Positions 25,381 through 25,518 of a stretch of DNA of 25,518 nt are shown here, piece by piece. The DNA is taken from positions 1 through 25,518 of the IMG/VR virus record IMGVR_UViG_3300031804_000014; one strand, given 5' to 3'. Origin of the DNA: a virus (Duplodnaviria > Caudoviricetes). The notes below the pieces were generated by a model. It was given only the letters and a program-made list of their open reading frames with translations, had not been told where the DNA came from and did not search any database. Within the stretch, counting starts at the first letter, position 1; the number at the start of each line of letters is the position of its first letter. A program made the translations under genes and the position numbers.

Positions 25381-25518
25381 CTATTTGTTTAAAAATTCTG
25401 TAAGAAGAGTTTTAATCTCAAGCATTTCTACTCTTATTGTTGTGAGTTCTTCGACTTGACCTCTTAATATATTTATATCACTTTGTTGTTTATGAAAATA
25501 CATTCGTTCTCGTCTATG
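25381..25518 (-). CDS. 3' end of a small coiled-coil protein upstream of the fibre gene (partial)
   Basis: Manual translation: ...HRRERMYFHKQQSDINILRGQVEELTTIRVEMLEIKTLLTEFLNK*. The stop overlaps the AGGAG RBS of the fibre gene. Confidence 0.7.
   Translation of the reverse strand, partial: HRRERMYFHKQQSDINILRGQVEELTTIRVEMLEIKTLLTEFLNK

Noticed and set aside
1009-25459. Numerous plus-strand and nested ORFs (e.g. 1009-1362, 4358-4666, 20575-21117, 24290-24727, 25037-25459)
   Set aside because: They are antisense or alternative-frame shadows of well-supported minus-strand genes, with no recognisable motifs.
1-25518. tRNA, rRNA, integrase/transposase, or stop-codon reassignment
   Set aside because: No cloverleaf or mobile-element motifs were seen, and the core genes are full length under the standard code.

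Overview
AT-rich segment of a T4-like myovirus genome, probably an environmental/marine type; the host cannot be determined. Almost all genes are on the minus strand. In transcription order (right to left) the window holds: a long repetitive fibre protein; a small virion-type protein; two paralogous proteins, each with an unusual inserted (CxxY)n Cys array plus a Gly-Tyr array; two paralogous tail-fibre-chaperone-like proteins; and a tightly coupled ~8 kb block of tailoring enzymes. That block contains three GT9-like glycosyltransferases, three 2OG-Fe(II) oxygenase-like proteins, a U32-family Fe-S protein, and a NodU/CmcH carbamoyltransferase split in two by one of the oxygenases. The canonical T4 module follows: g13, g14, g15, (secreted protein), g16, g17, (antisense degenerate HNH), g18, g19, g20, g67-like, hypothetical, g21. 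The best candidate for a new system is 12382-23057. It sits behind a T4 late promoter (TATAAATA) and is laid out like a RiPP-type substrate-plus-tailoring-enzyme cluster, but the putative substrates look like virion fibre/tip proteins. A pseudoknot-capable leader touching the g19 ribosome-binding site is also visible. Family calls come from motif recognition only; no searches were run.
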